64,000 nucleotides of DNA from Gammaproteobacteria bacterium (GTDB lineage: Bacteria; Pseudomonadota; Gammaproteobacteria; Natronospirales; REEB76). The notes below the pieces were generated by a model. It was given only the letters and a program-made list of their open reading frames with translations, searched no databases and was not told the DNA's origin. Made by a program: the position numbers and the translations under genes. The DNA lies in contig DASYGE010000012.1 in the NCBI GenBank assembly GCA_036000105.1, positions 722,324 through 786,323 on the forward strand, written 5' to 3'. Each line of letters opens with the position of its first letter. The stretch's first letter is position 1. Below are positions 8,395 through 19,322 of the stretch, in pieces.

Positions 8395-10059
8395 GTGGAA
8401 AAGCTCTGGCTCAAGCAATACCCCGCGGGCGTGCCCGCTGAGATAGACGTCAACCGCTACAGTTCCGTCAAGCACATCTTCGAGGAGAACAGCGCCAAGT
8501 TCGCGCAGTTGCCGGCGTTCGCGAACATGGGCGTGGAGATGACTTACGCGGAGCTGGATACCGCCAGCGCGAAGTTCGGCGCCTGGCTGCAGAAAGAGCG
8601 CGGCTTCAAGCGCGGCGACCGGGTCGCCATCATGATGCCGAACTTGCTCCAATATCCGGTAGCGCTCTTCGGCGTGCTGCGCGCCGGTCTCACGGTAGTG
8701 AACGTGAACCCGCTCTACACAGCCCGGGAACTGGAACACCAACTGAAGGATTCCGGCGCCCGCGGCATCGTGATCCTGGAGAACTTCGCCCACACCCTGG
8801 TGGACCTGCACGGTCGGGCGCCCCTGGATACGGTAGTCACTACCCAGATCGGCGACTTGTTCCCTAGCCCTAAGCGCCAGCTCGTCAACTTCGTGGTGAA
8901 GAAGGTCAAGAAGATGGTGCCGGCCTGGAGCCTACCCGGTAGCATCAGCTTCCGCGATGCGCTCGCCGCCGGCGGACGCCACAAGCTGGATCCGGTGGAA
9001 CTCAGTCACAAGGACATCGCCTTCCTGCAGTACACCGGCGGCACCACCGGTGTCTCCAAGGGCGCGATGCTGACCCACGGCAACATGGTGGCCAACGTGC
9101 TGCAGGCCTCCGCCTGGCTCGGCAAGGGTCTGGAGCCCGGCACCGAGACGGTGATCACCGCGCTGCCGCTGTATCACATCTTCTCCCTCACGGCGAACTG
9201 CATGGTGTTCATGACTCTGGGCGGCAAGAACATCCTCATCACCAACCCGCGGGACATGAAGGATTTCGTGAAGACCCTCTCCAAATATCCGTTCAGCGTG
9301 GTCACCGGCGTCAACACCCTGTTCAACGGCCTCTTGCACGCCCCGGGTTTCGATCAGCTGGATTTCTCACGCCTCAAGCTTGCTCTCGGCGGCGGCATGG
9401 CGGTACAGCGCGCCGTGGCCGAGCAGTGGAAGAAGGTCACGGGCCGGCCCATCGTGGAGGCTTACGGTCTCACGGAGACCTCGCCGGCTGCCTGCATCAA
9501 CCCCCTGGACCTCAAGGATTACAACGGCAGCATCGGTATGCCTATCCCCTCCACGGAACTCTCCATCCGCGATGATGACGGCAAGGAGCTGAAGTTGGAG
9601 GAGGTGGGGGAACTCTGCTTCAAGGGTCCCCAGGTGATGGCGGGTTATTGGAACCAGCCGGAAGAGACCGCCAAGGTGCTGGCGAAAGACGGCTGGTTGC
9701 GCACCGGCGACGTGGGCCGGGTGGACAAGGACGGTTTCGTCTTCATCGTGGACCGCAAGAAAGACATGATCCTGGTCTCGGGCTTCAACGTGTACCCGAA
9801 CGAGGTGGAAGACGTGGTGATGATGCATCCGGGCGTACGCGAATGCGCCGCCGTGGGCGTGCAGGACGAGCATTCCGGTGAAGCCGTGAAGATCTTCGTG
9901 GTGCGCAAGGACCCGAACCTCACGGCCCAGGAGATCATCGCCCACTGCCACAAGTACCTCACGGGCTATAAGGTGCCGAAGCACGTGGAGTTCCGCACCG
10001 ATTTACCAAAAACAAACGTCGGTAAAATCCTCAGAAGGGAACTCAGAGATAAGCATTGA
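8395..10059 (+). CDS. fadD: long-chain-fatty-acid--CoA ligase
   Basis: GTG start. N-terminus '[16 protein letters not shown]'. AMP-binding motif '[12 protein letters not shown]'. 554 aa. Confidence 0.9.
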   Translation: MEKLWLKQYPAGVPAEIDVNRYSSVKHIFEENSAKFAQLPAFANMGVEMTYAELDTASAKFGAWLQKERGFKRGDRVAIMMPNLLQYPVALFGVLRAGLTVVNVNPLYTARELEHQLKDSGARGIVILENFAHTLVDLHGRAPLDTVVTTQIGDLFPSPKRQLVNFVVKKVKKMVPAWSLPGSISFRDALAAGGRHKLDPVELSHKDIAFLQYTGGTTGVSKGAMLTHGNMVANVLQASAWLGKGLEPGTETVITALPLYHIFSLTANCMVFMTLGGKNILITNPRDMKDFVKTLSKYPFSVVTGVNTLFNGLLHAPGFDQLDFSRLKLALGGGMAVQRAVAEQWKKVTGRPIVEAYGLTETSPAACINPLDLKDYNGSIGMPIPSTELSIRDDDGKELKLEEVGELCFKGPQVMAGYWNQPEETAKVLAKDGWLRTGDVGRVDKDGFVFIVDRKKDMILVSGFNVYPNEVEDVVMMHPGVRECAAVGVQDEHSGEAVKIFVVRKDPNLTAQEIIAHCHKYLTGYKVPKHVEFRTDLPKTNVGKILRRELRDKH

Positions 10060-10877
10060 TCCCGGCTGAGCTTCCCATCGGTATCTTCGACTCCGGAGTC
10101 GGCGGCCTCACCGTCCTCAAGGCGGTGCGCGCGCGCCTGCCCCATGAGCATCTCCTCTATCTCGGCGATACCGCCCGCCTGCCTTACGGCACCAAGGGCC
10201 CGGAGACGGTGACCCGCTATGCCGTGCAGGCAGCGTCCCATCTGGTGGAGCGGGGCATCAAGCTCCTCATCGTCGCCTGCAACACTGCATCTGCTGCCGC
10301 CATGCCGGCGCTGGTGCGGGAGTTCGCGCCCCTGCCGGTCATCGGCGTGGTGGAGGCGGGGGCCGAGGCAGCGGTGAAGACTTCCAAGAGCGGCCACATC
10401 GCCGTGCTCGCCACCGAGAGCACCGTGCGGGGCGGCGCTTACGAGCGCGCCATCGCCGCGCGGCGTCCGGAAACCCGGGTGTTCGCCCAGGCCTGTTCGC
10501 TGTTCGTGGCTCTGGCGGAGGAAGGCTGGACGAAAGGCCCGCTCGTGGAATCCGTGGTGCGGGAATACCTGCATCCCTTGCTGGAAGAGAAGCGCCTGGA
10601 CGGCCTCGATTGCCTCGTCCTGGGTTGCACTCATTTCCCGCTCTTGAAGGAAGCCATCGCCCAGGTGGCGGGGCCCGAGCTGAAGCTCGTGGATTCCGGT
10701 GAGACCGTGGCGGACGCTGCGGCAGCGATGCTCGCCAAGGCAGGTCTCGCCCGCGCTTCAGGCAAGGGCGACGCGCGCTTCCTCGCCACCGATGGCGCCG
10801 AGCGCTTCGCTCGGGTCGGCAGCCTGTTCCTGGGCGAGACGATAAAAGCCGCGGATGTGGAGATCGTGGATCTTTAG
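10056..10877 (+). CDS. murI: glutamate racemase
   Basis: '[13 protein letters not shown]', 'VACNTASA', 'LGCTHFP'. TTG start overlaps the fadD stop. Confidence 0.9.
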   Translation: MIPAELPIGIFDSGVGGLTVLKAVRARLPHEHLLYLGDTARLPYGTKGPETVTRYAVQAASHLVERGIKLLIVACNTASAAAMPALVREFAPLPVIGVVEAGAEAAVKTSKSGHIAVLATESTVRGGAYERAIAARRPETRVFAQACSLFVALAEEGWTKGPLVESVVREYLHPLLEEKRLDGLDCLVLGCTHFPLLKEAIAQVAGPELKLVDSGETVADAAAAMLAKAGLARASGKGDARFLATDGAERFARVGSLFLGETIKAADVEIVDL

Positions 10878-11105
10878 TCCGGATAAGTCGGCTTTGCGCT
10901 GCAAGGCGCTATCACGTGCTTTGAACTATCCTTGTAGTGTATTGTCGATATCCCATTCCGGGAACTACGGACGCCACCCTCTCGCTCCATCTCACTTCGC
11001 CGGCTGGTGGCTTAGTCGTCCCGAAGCTCGCATGACCGATCTCTGAACCGCCGTCACGTGGGATACATGCTGTATCTGCACCCGCGGCCAAGAAGGAGTC
11101 TCACC

Positions 11106-14100
11106 ATGAAGCACCCGATCCTTTCCCCGATTTCCCTGCTGCTTTGCCTGCCCCTTGGCCTATCGTTGCTGACCGCGGCCGACGCCGCGGATACCCCGGC
11201 CACGGCTCTGACAAGCAAGCTCGAATGGCGCAGCGTCGGCCCGTATATCGGCGGCCGCGTGGTGGCGGTGACAGGCGTGCCCGGCACGCCTGACCTCTTC
11301 TACATGGGCGGCGTGGATGGCGGGGTCTGGAAGAGCACCGATTACGGCGTGAAGTGGACCAACATCACCGACGGCACCCTGCCGGGTACCAGCGACAGCA
11401 TCGGCGCCATCGCCGTGGCTCCGTCCAACGCCAGCGTGATCTACGTGGGCACCGGCGAGAGCGACATCCGCGGCGACATGATCACCGGCGACGGTGTGTT
11501 CAAGTCCACCGATGCCGGCAAGACCTGGAAGGTAGCGGGGCTCGCGGATACCCACACCATCAGCGGCATCGCGGTCGACCCGCGCAACCCCGAGGTGGTG
11601 TACGCCTCGTCCATGGGACATGTGTTCAAGCCCGACCCGGATCGCGGCGTGTTCAAATCCACGGACGGCGGCAAGAGCTGGAGCAAGGTGCTGTTCGTGG
11701 ACGACAAGACAGGCGCCATCGATCTGGTCATGGACCCGAAGGATCCCGAGACCCTCTATGCCGCCATGTGGCAGGCCCAGCGCACGCCCTGGTCGCTGGT
11801 GAGCGGCGGGCCGGGCAGCGGCTTATACAAGAGCACGGATGGCGGCGGCCATTGGCAAAACATCTCGCGCAATCCCGGCTTGCCCCAGGGCCTGCTGGGA
11901 CGCATCGGCGTGAGCGTGTCCGCGGCCGACCCCAAGGTGGTGTACGCCATCGAGCAGGCGGCGGGCGGCGGCGTGTTCCGTTCCGCCGACGCGGGCGCCA
12001 CCTGGAAGCTCATGACCGACGACTGGAAGCTGCGCCAACGGGCCTTCTACTACATGGCCTTGTATGCCGACCCCAAGGACGTGAACACCGTGTACGCGCC
12101 CCAGGTGGACGCGCTGTTCGTCTCCCATGACGCCGGCAAGACCTTCACCAAGCTGAACACGCCCCACGGCGACAACCACATCATCTGGATCAATCCGGAC
12201 GACACGCGGATCCTGTTGGAAGGCAACGACGGCGGCGCTACCGTGTCCACCGACCGAGGTGAGACCTGGAGCAGCGAGATCAACCAGCCCACCGGCCAGT
12301 TTTATCACGTGAACCTCGATGGCCGTTTCCCCTATCACATCTATGGCGCGCAGCAGGACGAGGGTGCCTTCGAGGGGCCGAGCGCCACCAGCAACGGCGA
12401 GGTGCCGACCGAGGCCTGGAACACGGTGGCTTACGGCGAGAGTACTTTCGCCGTGCCCCAGCCAGACAGACCGGGGGTGAACTTCGGCAGCGGCTATTTC
12501 AGTCTGTTCTACAAGTACGACGCTGCCACGGAGGAGTCACAGGACGTGAGTCCCTGGCCGAAATACCAGGACGGCGACTCCGCGGGCGCGCAGCCCTACC
12601 GTTGGGCCTGGACCCATCCCATCCTGTTCTCGCCCACTCACCCTAAGGAGATGTTCGTGGGCGCCCAGTACGTGATGAAGAGCCCCGACGCCGGGGCTAC
12701 CTGGCAGAAGATCAGCCCGGACCTCTCGCGCGACGATCCGGCCACTGAGGCGCCGAGCGGCGGACCCATAGAGCTCGATCAATCCGGTGCAGAGGTCTAC
12801 GCCACGGTATCGGCGCTCGCGGTCTCGCCGCTCTCAGATGACCTCATCTGGGCGGGCTCCGATGACGGACTGGTGCACGTCACCCGGGACGGCGGCGCGC
12901 ATTGGCAGGACATCACCCCACCGAAGCTGCCGCAGACGGCGTATGTCAGCTCCATCGAGGCCTCGCATACCGACAAGGGCACGGCCTACATGACCGTGAG
13001 TCGCTACATGTGGGACGACTTCCATCCCTATATATATGAGACCCGCGACTACGGCGCCCACTGGAGCGACGCCGGCAAAGGCGTGGCGGACGGCGACTAC
13101 GCCTTCACGGTGCGCCAGGACCCCCGCGACCCCAAGCTCATGTTCTTAGCCACGGCGAGCACGCTGTATGTGAGCTTCGATGGCGCGGCGAGCTGGCAGG
13201 GTCTATCACTCAATTTACCGAAAGTGCAGGTGCGGGACGTGGCGGTGGATGCCCGCCAGGGTCAGGTGGTGGTGGCGACCCACGGCCGCGCGTTCTGGGT
13301 GCTGGATGACCTCAAGTTCCTGGAGCAGCAGACCGCATCACCGCTGTCCGGCGAGACCCGGCTGTTCGCTCCCGAGACAGCTTGGTCGAGCCACGCCTAC
13401 GGGCAGGCCGACGCCGACAACCGCACGCCGAACTCCGGAGATAACCCGTCCTACGGTGCCACCGTGTTCTTCCAGCTGCCTGCGGGCTACGACGGCAAGA
13501 CCCCGGTGAGCCTGTCGTTCACCGGCGCCGATGGCAAGCTCATCCGCCGCTTCGACCTGCATCTGAAGCCTAAAGACTTCAAGGATAAGACCGACGACGA
13601 GCTGGATGCCATGACCCCGGGTGAGCAGAAGCGCTATGGCGAGGAGAAGCACACGGCGGTGACTCCGGGCATGGACCGCTTCCGTTGGGATCTCACGTAT
13701 CCCGATGCCACGGAGGTCAAGGACTACTACCCGGCCGAGGGGGGTGGTGGACTCAGCGACGACGTGGGCGGACCCGAGGTGATCCCGGGCCGTTATCACG
13801 TGTTGCTGGACTACGGCGGCAAGACGCAGCAACAGGACTTCGACGTGGCCCTGGACCCGCGGCTCCCGGCGGACAGCGACGCCCTGGCCGCGCGCTTAGG
13901 CCTTGAGCTGCAGATCCACACGACGCTCGACACACTGGACAAGACCTTGAACGACGCCATCGGCATGCGCGATGCCCTGCAGAAGGCCGTGGATGAGCAC
14001 CGGCTGGACGCCGCACACGCCGGCAAGGCGATCACCGATCTGGATGATTCCATCGGCAACCTGGTGCAGCTCAACATCCATTCGAGCGAAGGCGACCTGC

Positions 14101-14276
14101 TGCATGCCGTGAAGCTGCGCAGCTATCTGGCCTATCTGGCCTCGGAAGTGGGGGCCGCCTACCAGCGCCCGAGCGCGGCGCAATATGCGGTCTTCAAGGA
14201 ACTCGACGACGAAGCGACGAGCGGCGAGCAGAAGTTGCAGACGGCCATGGCTGCGGGCCGCGCGCTGCAGCCTTGA
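11106..14276 (+). CDS. secreted BNR/sortilin(VPS10)-repeat beta-propeller protein
   Basis: RBS AAGGAG then ATG at 11106. Signal peptide. Repeated 'S.D.G.TW' BNR motifs (e.g. 'KSTDAGKTW', 'KSTDGGKSW', 'RSADAGATW', 'VSHDAGKTF'). Confidence 0.75.
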   Translation: MKHPILSPISLLLCLPLGLSLLTAADAADTPATALTSKLEWRSVGPYIGGRVVAVTGVPGTPDLFYMGGVDGGVWKSTDYGVKWTNITDGTLPGTSDSIGAIAVAPSNASVIYVGTGESDIRGDMITGDGVFKSTDAGKTWKVAGLADTHTISGIAVDPRNPEVVYASSMGHVFKPDPDRGVFKSTDGGKSWSKVLFVDDKTGAIDLVMDPKDPETLYAAMWQAQRTPWSLVSGGPGSGLYKSTDGGGHWQNISRNPGLPQGLLGRIGVSVSAADPKVVYAIEQAAGGGVFRSADAGATWKLMTDDWKLRQRAFYYMALYADPKDVNTVYAPQVDALFVSHDAGKTFTKLNTPHGDNHIIWINPDDTRILLEGNDGGATVSTDRGETWSSEINQPTGQFYHVNLDGRFPYHIYGAQQDEGAFEGPSATSNGEVPTEAWNTVAYGESTFAVPQPDRPGVNFGSGYFSLFYKYDAATEESQDVSPWPKYQDGDSAGAQPYRWAWTHPILFSPTHPKEMFVGAQYVMKSPDAGATWQKISPDLSRDDPATEAPSGGPIELDQSGAEVYATVSALAVSPLSDDLIWAGSDDGLVHVTRDGGAHWQDITPPKLPQTAYVSSIEASHTDKGTAYMTVSRYMWDDFHPYIYETRDYGAHWSDAGKGVADGDYAFTVRQDPRDPKLMFLATASTLYVSFDGAASWQGLSLNLPKVQVRDVAVDARQGQVVVATHGRAFWVLDDLKFLEQQTASPLSGETRLFAPETAWSSHAYGQADADNRTPNSGDNPSYGATVFFQLPAGYDGKTPVSLSFTGADGKLIRRFDLHLKPKDFKDKTDDELDAMTPGEQKRYGEEKHTAVTPGMDRFRWDLTYPDATEVKDYYPAEGGGGLSDDVGGPEVIPGRYHVLLDYGGKTQQQDFDVALDPRLPADSDALAARLGLELQIHTTLDTLDKTLNDAIGMRDALQKAVDEHRLDAAHAGKAITDLDDSIGNLVQLNIHSSEGDLLHAVKLRSYLAYLASEVGAAYQRPSAAQYAVFKELDDEATSGEQKLQTAMAAGRALQP

Positions 14277-14284
14277 GACGAGGC

Positions 14285-14316
14285 GACGGCCCGCTGAAAG
14301 GTTTCAGCGGGCCGTC
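14285..14316. terminator. 15-bp-stem hairpin between convergent genes (putative bidirectional terminator)
   Basis: GACGGCCCGCTGAAA / TTTCAGCGGGCCGTC. There is no clear U-tract. Confidence 0.45.
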
Positions 14317-14325
14317 ACGCCGCCG

Positions 14326-15927
14326 TCAGTGGAAGGTCTCGGCCGTCGCGGCTTCGAGATGCAGGGTCTTCCAGCCGGTCTTGATGCCCCACCAGTAGAA
14401 GCCCAAGCCCACCAGCGCCACCACCAGCAAGTCCCATCCGAAGGGGATGAAGTTCAAGCCGCCGAAGTTGCTGCTACCGATATAGGACAGCAAGGCCACC
14501 GTGGGCAGGTACAGCACCAGCCACCAGGCGCCATGCATCTGGCGCTTTAAATCCTGCCAGCCGCCTTTGGCTTCGTAGTAGAACCAAAAAGGCAGCACGC
14601 CCAGCATCACCACGATCACCTCACCGGTGAGGGGCCAGCGGGCCCAGTAGAGCACCAGGGTGCCCAGCATGAAGGCCGTGCCGGCGATCCATTGCAGGGC
14701 TGGTATCTTCAGGGGGCGCTTCATGTCCGGCGCCACGCGGCGCAGCACCACCACGCTCACGGGTCCGATGAGATAGGAGATGACGCAGGCCACAGAAGTC
14801 ACGCTCGCGCCCGTGTCCCAGCCCTTGAACCAGAAGAAGAACCCGAAGGCGATCAAGAGGTTCAGCCACATGGCCGGGCGCGGGATACCCCATACCGGAT
14901 GGATCCTGCCGAACACCTTGGGCAGGATACCGTTCTTCTCCATGCCGTAGATCATGCGGGCACTGGAGGCGGTGTAAGTCGAGCCGGTGCCGCTCGGACT
15001 CACGAAGGCATCGGCGTAGAGCAAGAGCGCCATCCAGTTGAGGTTGAGGGCGAGAGCGAGCTGCGCATAGGGCGAGCTGAAGTTGATGCCGCTCCAGCCG
15101 GACTTGGTCAGGAGATCCGGCGAGACCGCGCCGAGATAGGCGAACTGCAAGAGCACGTAGATGCCGGCGCAGATGAGGATGGAGCCCACCACCGCGAGCG
15201 GCACGTTGCGTCCCGGGTTCTTGGCCTCGCCCGCCAGGTTCACCGGGCTCTGGAAGCCGTTGAAGCTGAACACGATGCCGGCGGTGGCCACCGCCGTCAG
15301 GATGCCGGCGATGTCCGTGGTATGAGCGCCGCCATGGGTGCCCACGTCGAAGTTGCTGTGGTGGAAGCCCGCCGCGATGAGCGAGAGGGCGGTGGCGGCG
15401 GGGATCACCAGCTTGAAGCTCGTGATCACGGTGTTGGTAGTGGCGAAGAGCTTCACGCTCCAGAAGTTCAACAGGAAATAGATGATGACCAGCGCACCGC
15501 CGACCCACATGCCGGAGTGCGTGAGCTGGCCGCCGCTGAACATGTTGCCTGCCCAGGGTTGCGCCCATTCCCAGGGCCAGGAAGCCATGTACTGCACCGA
15601 GGCGTCCGCTTCCACCGGGATCACCGAGACGATGCTGATCCAGCTCGCCCAGGCGGCGAGGGCGCCCACGAGCGAGCCGTGGGTGTAGAGGCCATAGCGC
15701 ACCATGCCGCCGGATTCCGGGAACATGGCGCCGAGTTCTGCATAAGCCAGGGCGATGATGAGGATGATGGCCGCGCCGATCATCCAGGCGAAGACCGCAT
15801 CGGGGCCCACGAGCCGGGCCGCCTTGGCAGCGCCGAACAGCCAGCCGGAGCCGATGATGGAGCCGATGCCGGTCATGAGGAGCGCGATGGCGCCCACGTC
15901 CCGGCGGATGGCAGAGTTCTTGGCCAT
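14326..15927 (-). CDS. APC-family amino acid permease
   Basis: 533 aa, about 12 TM. N-terminal 'IALLMTGIGSIIGSGWLFGA' is typical of APC transporters. Confidence 0.85.
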   Translation of the reverse strand: MAKNSAIRRDVGAIALLMTGIGSIIGSGWLFGAAKAARLVGPDAVFAWMIGAAIILIIALAYAELGAMFPESGGMVRYGLYTHGSLVGALAAWASWISIVSVIPVEADASVQYMASWPWEWAQPWAGNMFSGGQLTHSGMWVGGALVIIYFLLNFWSVKLFATTNTVITSFKLVIPAATALSLIAAGFHHSNFDVGTHGGAHTTDIAGILTAVATAGIVFSFNGFQSPVNLAGEAKNPGRNVPLAVVGSILICAGIYVLLQFAYLGAVSPDLLTKSGWSGINFSSPYAQLALALNLNWMALLLYADAFVSPSGTGSTYTASSARMIYGMEKNGILPKVFGRIHPVWGIPRPAMWLNLLIAFGFFFWFKGWDTGASVTSVACVISYLIGPVSVVVLRRVAPDMKRPLKIPALQWIAGTAFMLGTLVLYWARWPLTGEVIVVMLGVLPFWFYYEAKGGWQDLKRQMHGAWWLVLYLPTVALLSYIGSSNFGGLNFIPFGWDLLVVALVGLGFYWWGIKTGWKTLHLEAATAETFH

Positions 15928-16104
15928 ATGCAGTTCCTTGGAGATTAAGGTGTTATCGGTGTGGGGCTAAGGCCCCTTGCAGGGTGCCACATCATGGCAG
16001 GGCTTACGTCCCCTGTCAGCCCTGTCGGTGGGCCAGGAAGGGCTGTTGCAGGGACGGGCCCGCACAGTAGACTGCCTCTTCCCTCAAAAGTTTCGGGATC
16101 CCGG

Positions 16105-17136
16105 ATGGCTGAAAGCGCGGACAAGGCATTGCTGGAACGGCTGGCGCGCATGGCGCTGGCCAATATCGGACGGGACTATCCCAACCACATCCAGCACCTC
16201 ATGGACGGCGATGCGGATGCCGCTATACCCCGTGCGTTGCACCCGGTGTTCTCCGGTGCGTATGACTGGCACTCAGCGGTGCACAACTACTGGATGCTGC
16301 TGCGGCTCTTGCGCCTGATGCCGGACGGGCCCTCCGCCGCCGAGATCCGCGAGCTCATGGCGCGGCGGCTGAACGCGGCGGACGTGGCAGCGGAATGCCG
16401 CTACTTCGACGATCCACGCCGCGCGTCCTACGAGCGGCCCTATGGCCTCGCCTGGGTCCTGCAGCTCACGGCGGAACTCAGAGAATGGGGTCGCGCAGAT
16501 GCCCAGGGCTGGCTGCGCATCCTGGCGCCTCTGGAAGAAGTGGCGCGCGGGCGTTTCCAGAGCTGGCTACCCAAGCTCGGCTATCCCATACGCAGCGGCG
16601 AGCATTCCCAGACCGCTTTCGCCTTCGGCCTGGTGCATGACTGGGCCCGGGCCGCGGGCGACGCGGCCATGGGTGAACTCATCCGCGCCAAGAGCGTCGA
16701 ATTCCATCTCGCGGACGTGCAGGCGCCCTTGGCCTATGAGCCCTCGGGTCAGGATTTCCTCTCGCCGGTGTTGGCGGAAGCGGACCTGATGCGCCGCCTC
16801 CTGTCCCAGGCCGAGTTCGCCAAGTGGCTCGCCGCGTTCCTGCCCGAGATAGCGGAAGACGGGGACAGCGGCTGGCTCACACCTGCGCTCAGCCGCGATC
16901 CAAGCGATCCCAAACTCGCGCATCTGGATGGGCTCAACTTGAGCCGCGCCTGGATGCTGGAAGGCATCGCTGCCTCATTGCCGCAGATAGACGGGCGCCG
17001 CCCCGCGCTCATGGCCTCAGCCCGCCTGCATGAAGAAGCCGGCCTCGCCGCCATCCGCGAGGAGAGTTATGAGGGCAGCCATTGGCTGCCGAGCCTCGCC
17101 GTGTATCTCCTTACACAGCGCGGCCTCACGCCATGA
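16105..17136 (+). CDS. DUF2891-like protein
   Basis: 'NIGRDYPNHIQHLM...LHPVFSGAYDWHSAVHNYWMLLRL' matches my recollection of DUF2891. ATG at 16105 was chosen over the in-frame upstream extension. Confidence 0.6.
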   Translation: MAESADKALLERLARMALANIGRDYPNHIQHLMDGDADAAIPRALHPVFSGAYDWHSAVHNYWMLLRLLRLMPDGPSAAEIRELMARRLNAADVAAECRYFDDPRRASYERPYGLAWVLQLTAELREWGRADAQGWLRILAPLEEVARGRFQSWLPKLGYPIRSGEHSQTAFAFGLVHDWARAAGDAAMGELIRAKSVEFHLADVQAPLAYEPSGQDFLSPVLAEADLMRRLLSQAEFAKWLAAFLPEIAEDGDSGWLTPALSRDPSDPKLAHLDGLNLSRAWMLEGIAASLPQIDGRRPALMASARLHEEAGLAAIREESYEGSHWLPSLAVYLLTQRGLTP

Positions 17137-17858
17137 ACGCGCCGGCAGCTCCGCTCTGGCGCCGCCTGGCCGGACGCTGCTTCGCGCTCCTCTGGCTGTG
17201 GATACTCATGACCAGCGTCGGCGTGGCGTTCCGCGGCGCGGTGAACCCGCCCACCACCGCCTTCATGCAGGAGAAGCAGCTGGAACTCGAGAGCCACGGG
17301 GGACACGGTCGCACCATCAAATACCAGTGGGTGGATTACGCCCATATCGCGCCCTACATGCGGCTCGCGGTGGTGACGGCCGAAGACCAGAACTTCCCCT
17401 ATCATCACGGCTTCGATTGGCTCGCCATGGACGCGGCTTTCCAACGCAACGGCAAGGGCCACCGCATCCACGGCGGCAGCACCATCAGCCAGCAGACCGC
17501 CAAGAACCTGTGGCTATGGCCGGGGCGCAGCTATCTGCGCAAGCTGGTGGAAGCCTGGTTCACCGGATTGATGGAACTGGAGTGGCCCAAGCAGCGGATA
17601 CTCGAGACCTATCTCAACGTGGCGCAGCTGGATGACTACACTTTCGGCGTGGGCGCGGCCGCCCGGGATGCCTTCGGCGTGGCGCCTTCCGCACTCAGTG
17701 CCGAGCAGGCGACCCTGCTGGCCGCGGCGCTGCCGGCGCCGGATCGCTTCGATGTCAACGAGCCTTCCGCACATTTGCAGAAGCGCCAAGCCTGGATACT
17801 GGATCAGATGATCGGTCTCGGCGGGCTCTCGTACCTCGACGATATCGAGCAGCCTTAA
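17133..17858 (+). CDS. mtgA: monofunctional biosynthetic peptidoglycan transglycosylase
   Basis: 'EDQNFPYHHGFDW' and 'GGSTISQQTAKNL'. ATGA overlap with the upstream gene. Confidence 0.9.
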   Translation: MNAPAAPLWRRLAGRCFALLWLWILMTSVGVAFRGAVNPPTTAFMQEKQLELESHGGHGRTIKYQWVDYAHIAPYMRLAVVTAEDQNFPYHHGFDWLAMDAAFQRNGKGHRIHGGSTISQQTAKNLWLWPGRSYLRKLVEAWFTGLMELEWPKQRILETYLNVAQLDDYTFGVGAAARDAFGVAPSALSAEQATLLAAALPAPDRFDVNEPSAHLQKRQAWILDQMIGLGGLSYLDDIEQP

Positions 17859-18718
17859 GCTCTCTCCAGCACCGCGATGCCGCTGAAGCGGCGCATGCGT
17901 TCCCGGAAGCTAGGACTCAAGCGCTGCATCAGGCCGCTCATGAGCTTCATCATGAACGGTACCTCGAAGCGCTTCAGGCGTATCGCTTCCTTGCCTAGAG
18001 AGAAGAACTTTACCGGTTTCCACCCCAAGGGTTGGAAGAACTCCATGCTCTCGGCAGGCGCGAACTTGAAACGCACGTCCTCGGTCTTCAACAGGTTGCC
18101 GTGGTGCTTCCGCGCTATATACTTCAGCATCTCCGGCGAAGACAGGTCCGTGAGCCAGCGCTTGAACGCCACCTGCTGGTGCAGGTCCGCGGTGAAGGAT
18201 CGCACCTGCTCTTCATCGAGATAGATCAGCAGGCCCTCGGTGAGCACCAGCACCTTGTTGGCGGCGGCGCCCACCCGGGTGAAGAGGGCGCGGCGCGCCG
18301 CGGAGTCCGCGAGATCCACCCCGTGGCGTTCCAGGCGGCAGAAGCATTTGGCGTCCTTCAGTATCTCGTTCTTGTACTCGATCATGGGCGGCAGATCCGC
18401 CTCCACCCAGCGCAGGGTGGCGGGCAGGGCGAGACGGTAGGGGCGGGTATCCAGGCCCGCGGCCAGGTTCAGCACCGTGTCGTAACCGTCCTCTTCCACC
18501 GCCTTCAGGATGAGTTCATCCAGCACCTGGGTGCGCACCACGATGGGCCAGCCCGGCATGCCGATCTGTTTGCGGGCCTCTTCGCCCCGCTCACCGGCGA
18601 GCACCCGCGCATAGGGATCGTAGAACAGCGCGTCCTCGCGCTCGCTCTCCATGGCGCGATACATCGCCACCCACAGGGCGGTGTCTGAGACGTTCCGGAT
18701 CGCGGATTCTTCGGTCAT
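17855..18718 (-). CDS. class I SAM-dependent methyltransferase (leucine carboxyl methyltransferase-like family)
   Basis: 'SDTALWVAMYRAMES' and 'VLNLAAGLDTRPYRL'. Confidence 0.75.
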   Translation of the reverse strand: MTEESAIRNVSDTALWVAMYRAMESEREDALFYDPYARVLAGERGEEARKQIGMPGWPIVVRTQVLDELILKAVEEDGYDTVLNLAAGLDTRPYRLALPATLRWVEADLPPMIEYKNEILKDAKCFCRLERHGVDLADSAARRALFTRVGAAANKVLVLTEGLLIYLDEEQVRSFTADLHQQVAFKRWLTDLSSPEMLKYIARKHHGNLLKTEDVRFKFAPAESMEFFQPLGWKPVKFFSLGKEAIRLKRFEVPFMMKLMSGLMQRLSPSFRERMRRFSGIAVLERA

Positions 18719-18802
18719 GGATTCATCTTACTGGTAAAGCCCGTTTAAAGCGTCGTGGCCGCTCTCGGGCGTCCTGCCCTCCGCGGCATAAGACCATCCC
18801 TG

Positions 18803-18984
18803 GTCAAAAGCGCCGGCGAAAGAAGCCTAATAGCCGGAGTGTACTTTCAGTGCATGAGGGTTCGCCGCATGCGGCGAACGGGCGGACAGGATGTCCGCCC
18901 TGGACCATGAGCGGCGCAGGACAGCGCAGCGAAATGGGCGAGCCGGAGCGCAACGAAGTGCCGCCAAGCGCAACAGCTTTAAGC
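18803..18984 (-). repeat. mosaic intergenic repeat, copy C (reverse orientation)
   Basis: The reverse complement aligns to copy A: 43/50 over the 5' module, which includes TTGTTGCGCTCCGGCTCGCC. It then aligns over CCTCATGCAC..AAAGT.CACTCCGG and ends in CGCTTTTG. A 77-nt insert (18860-18936) holds two perfect palindromes. Confidence 0.8.
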
Positions 18985-18989
18985 GGGCT

Positions 18990-18997
18990 TTATAGAA
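18990..18997. repeat. target-site duplication TTATAGAA (left)
   Basis: Identical 8-mer directly abuts both element tips (partner at 21471-21478). Confidence 0.8.
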
Positions 18998-19020
18998 CGG
19001 TATTCGGAATTTACTGTTGG
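18998..19020 (+). repeat. left terminal inverted repeat CGGTATTCGGAATTTACTGTTGG
   Basis: Matches the reverse complement of 21448-21470 at 20/23. Confidence 0.85.
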
Positions 19021-19322
19021 ATTCCGGGTTTAAAGCATCCCGTATCAATGCCTCTGTAAGTCGGACTTTAGTGTTGCATTGAGCATAGGCGGTCGGTAAT
19101 CTCCGAGGTGTTATCCACCGGGGAAATGGAATGACCGACCTGCTGAACTTGCGCTCGCTGAGTGTACTTTCTGTTGCCCATGACGATTAATATTACACCG
19201 TGAAAGCGGAAGGTACGGTGGTTCCCGCCTGCTGCGCGAGGATGTTGGCTGGTCAATTCATAACATAAATCACTGACATGGATTGTTTGGACAAGTTTAT
19301 CGCGTCGCGGTGGGGGTGCGAA

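Noticed and set aside
10880-11050. Possible further degenerate member of the mosaic repeat family downstream of murI (ATCCTTGTAG, CTCTCGCTCC, TAAGTCGGCTTT motifs).
   Set aside because: Only scattered short motif matches. There is no alignable core or terminal GCAAAAGC/GCTTTTGC pair.
18827-19048. Outward-reading ORFs starting in the repeated left end ('MIRDALNPESN.KFRIP', also at 20037-20252).
   Set aside because: The shared N-terminus is only the translated DNA repeat. They have TTG starts without an RBS, and they diverge immediately outside the repeat into low-complexity sequence.
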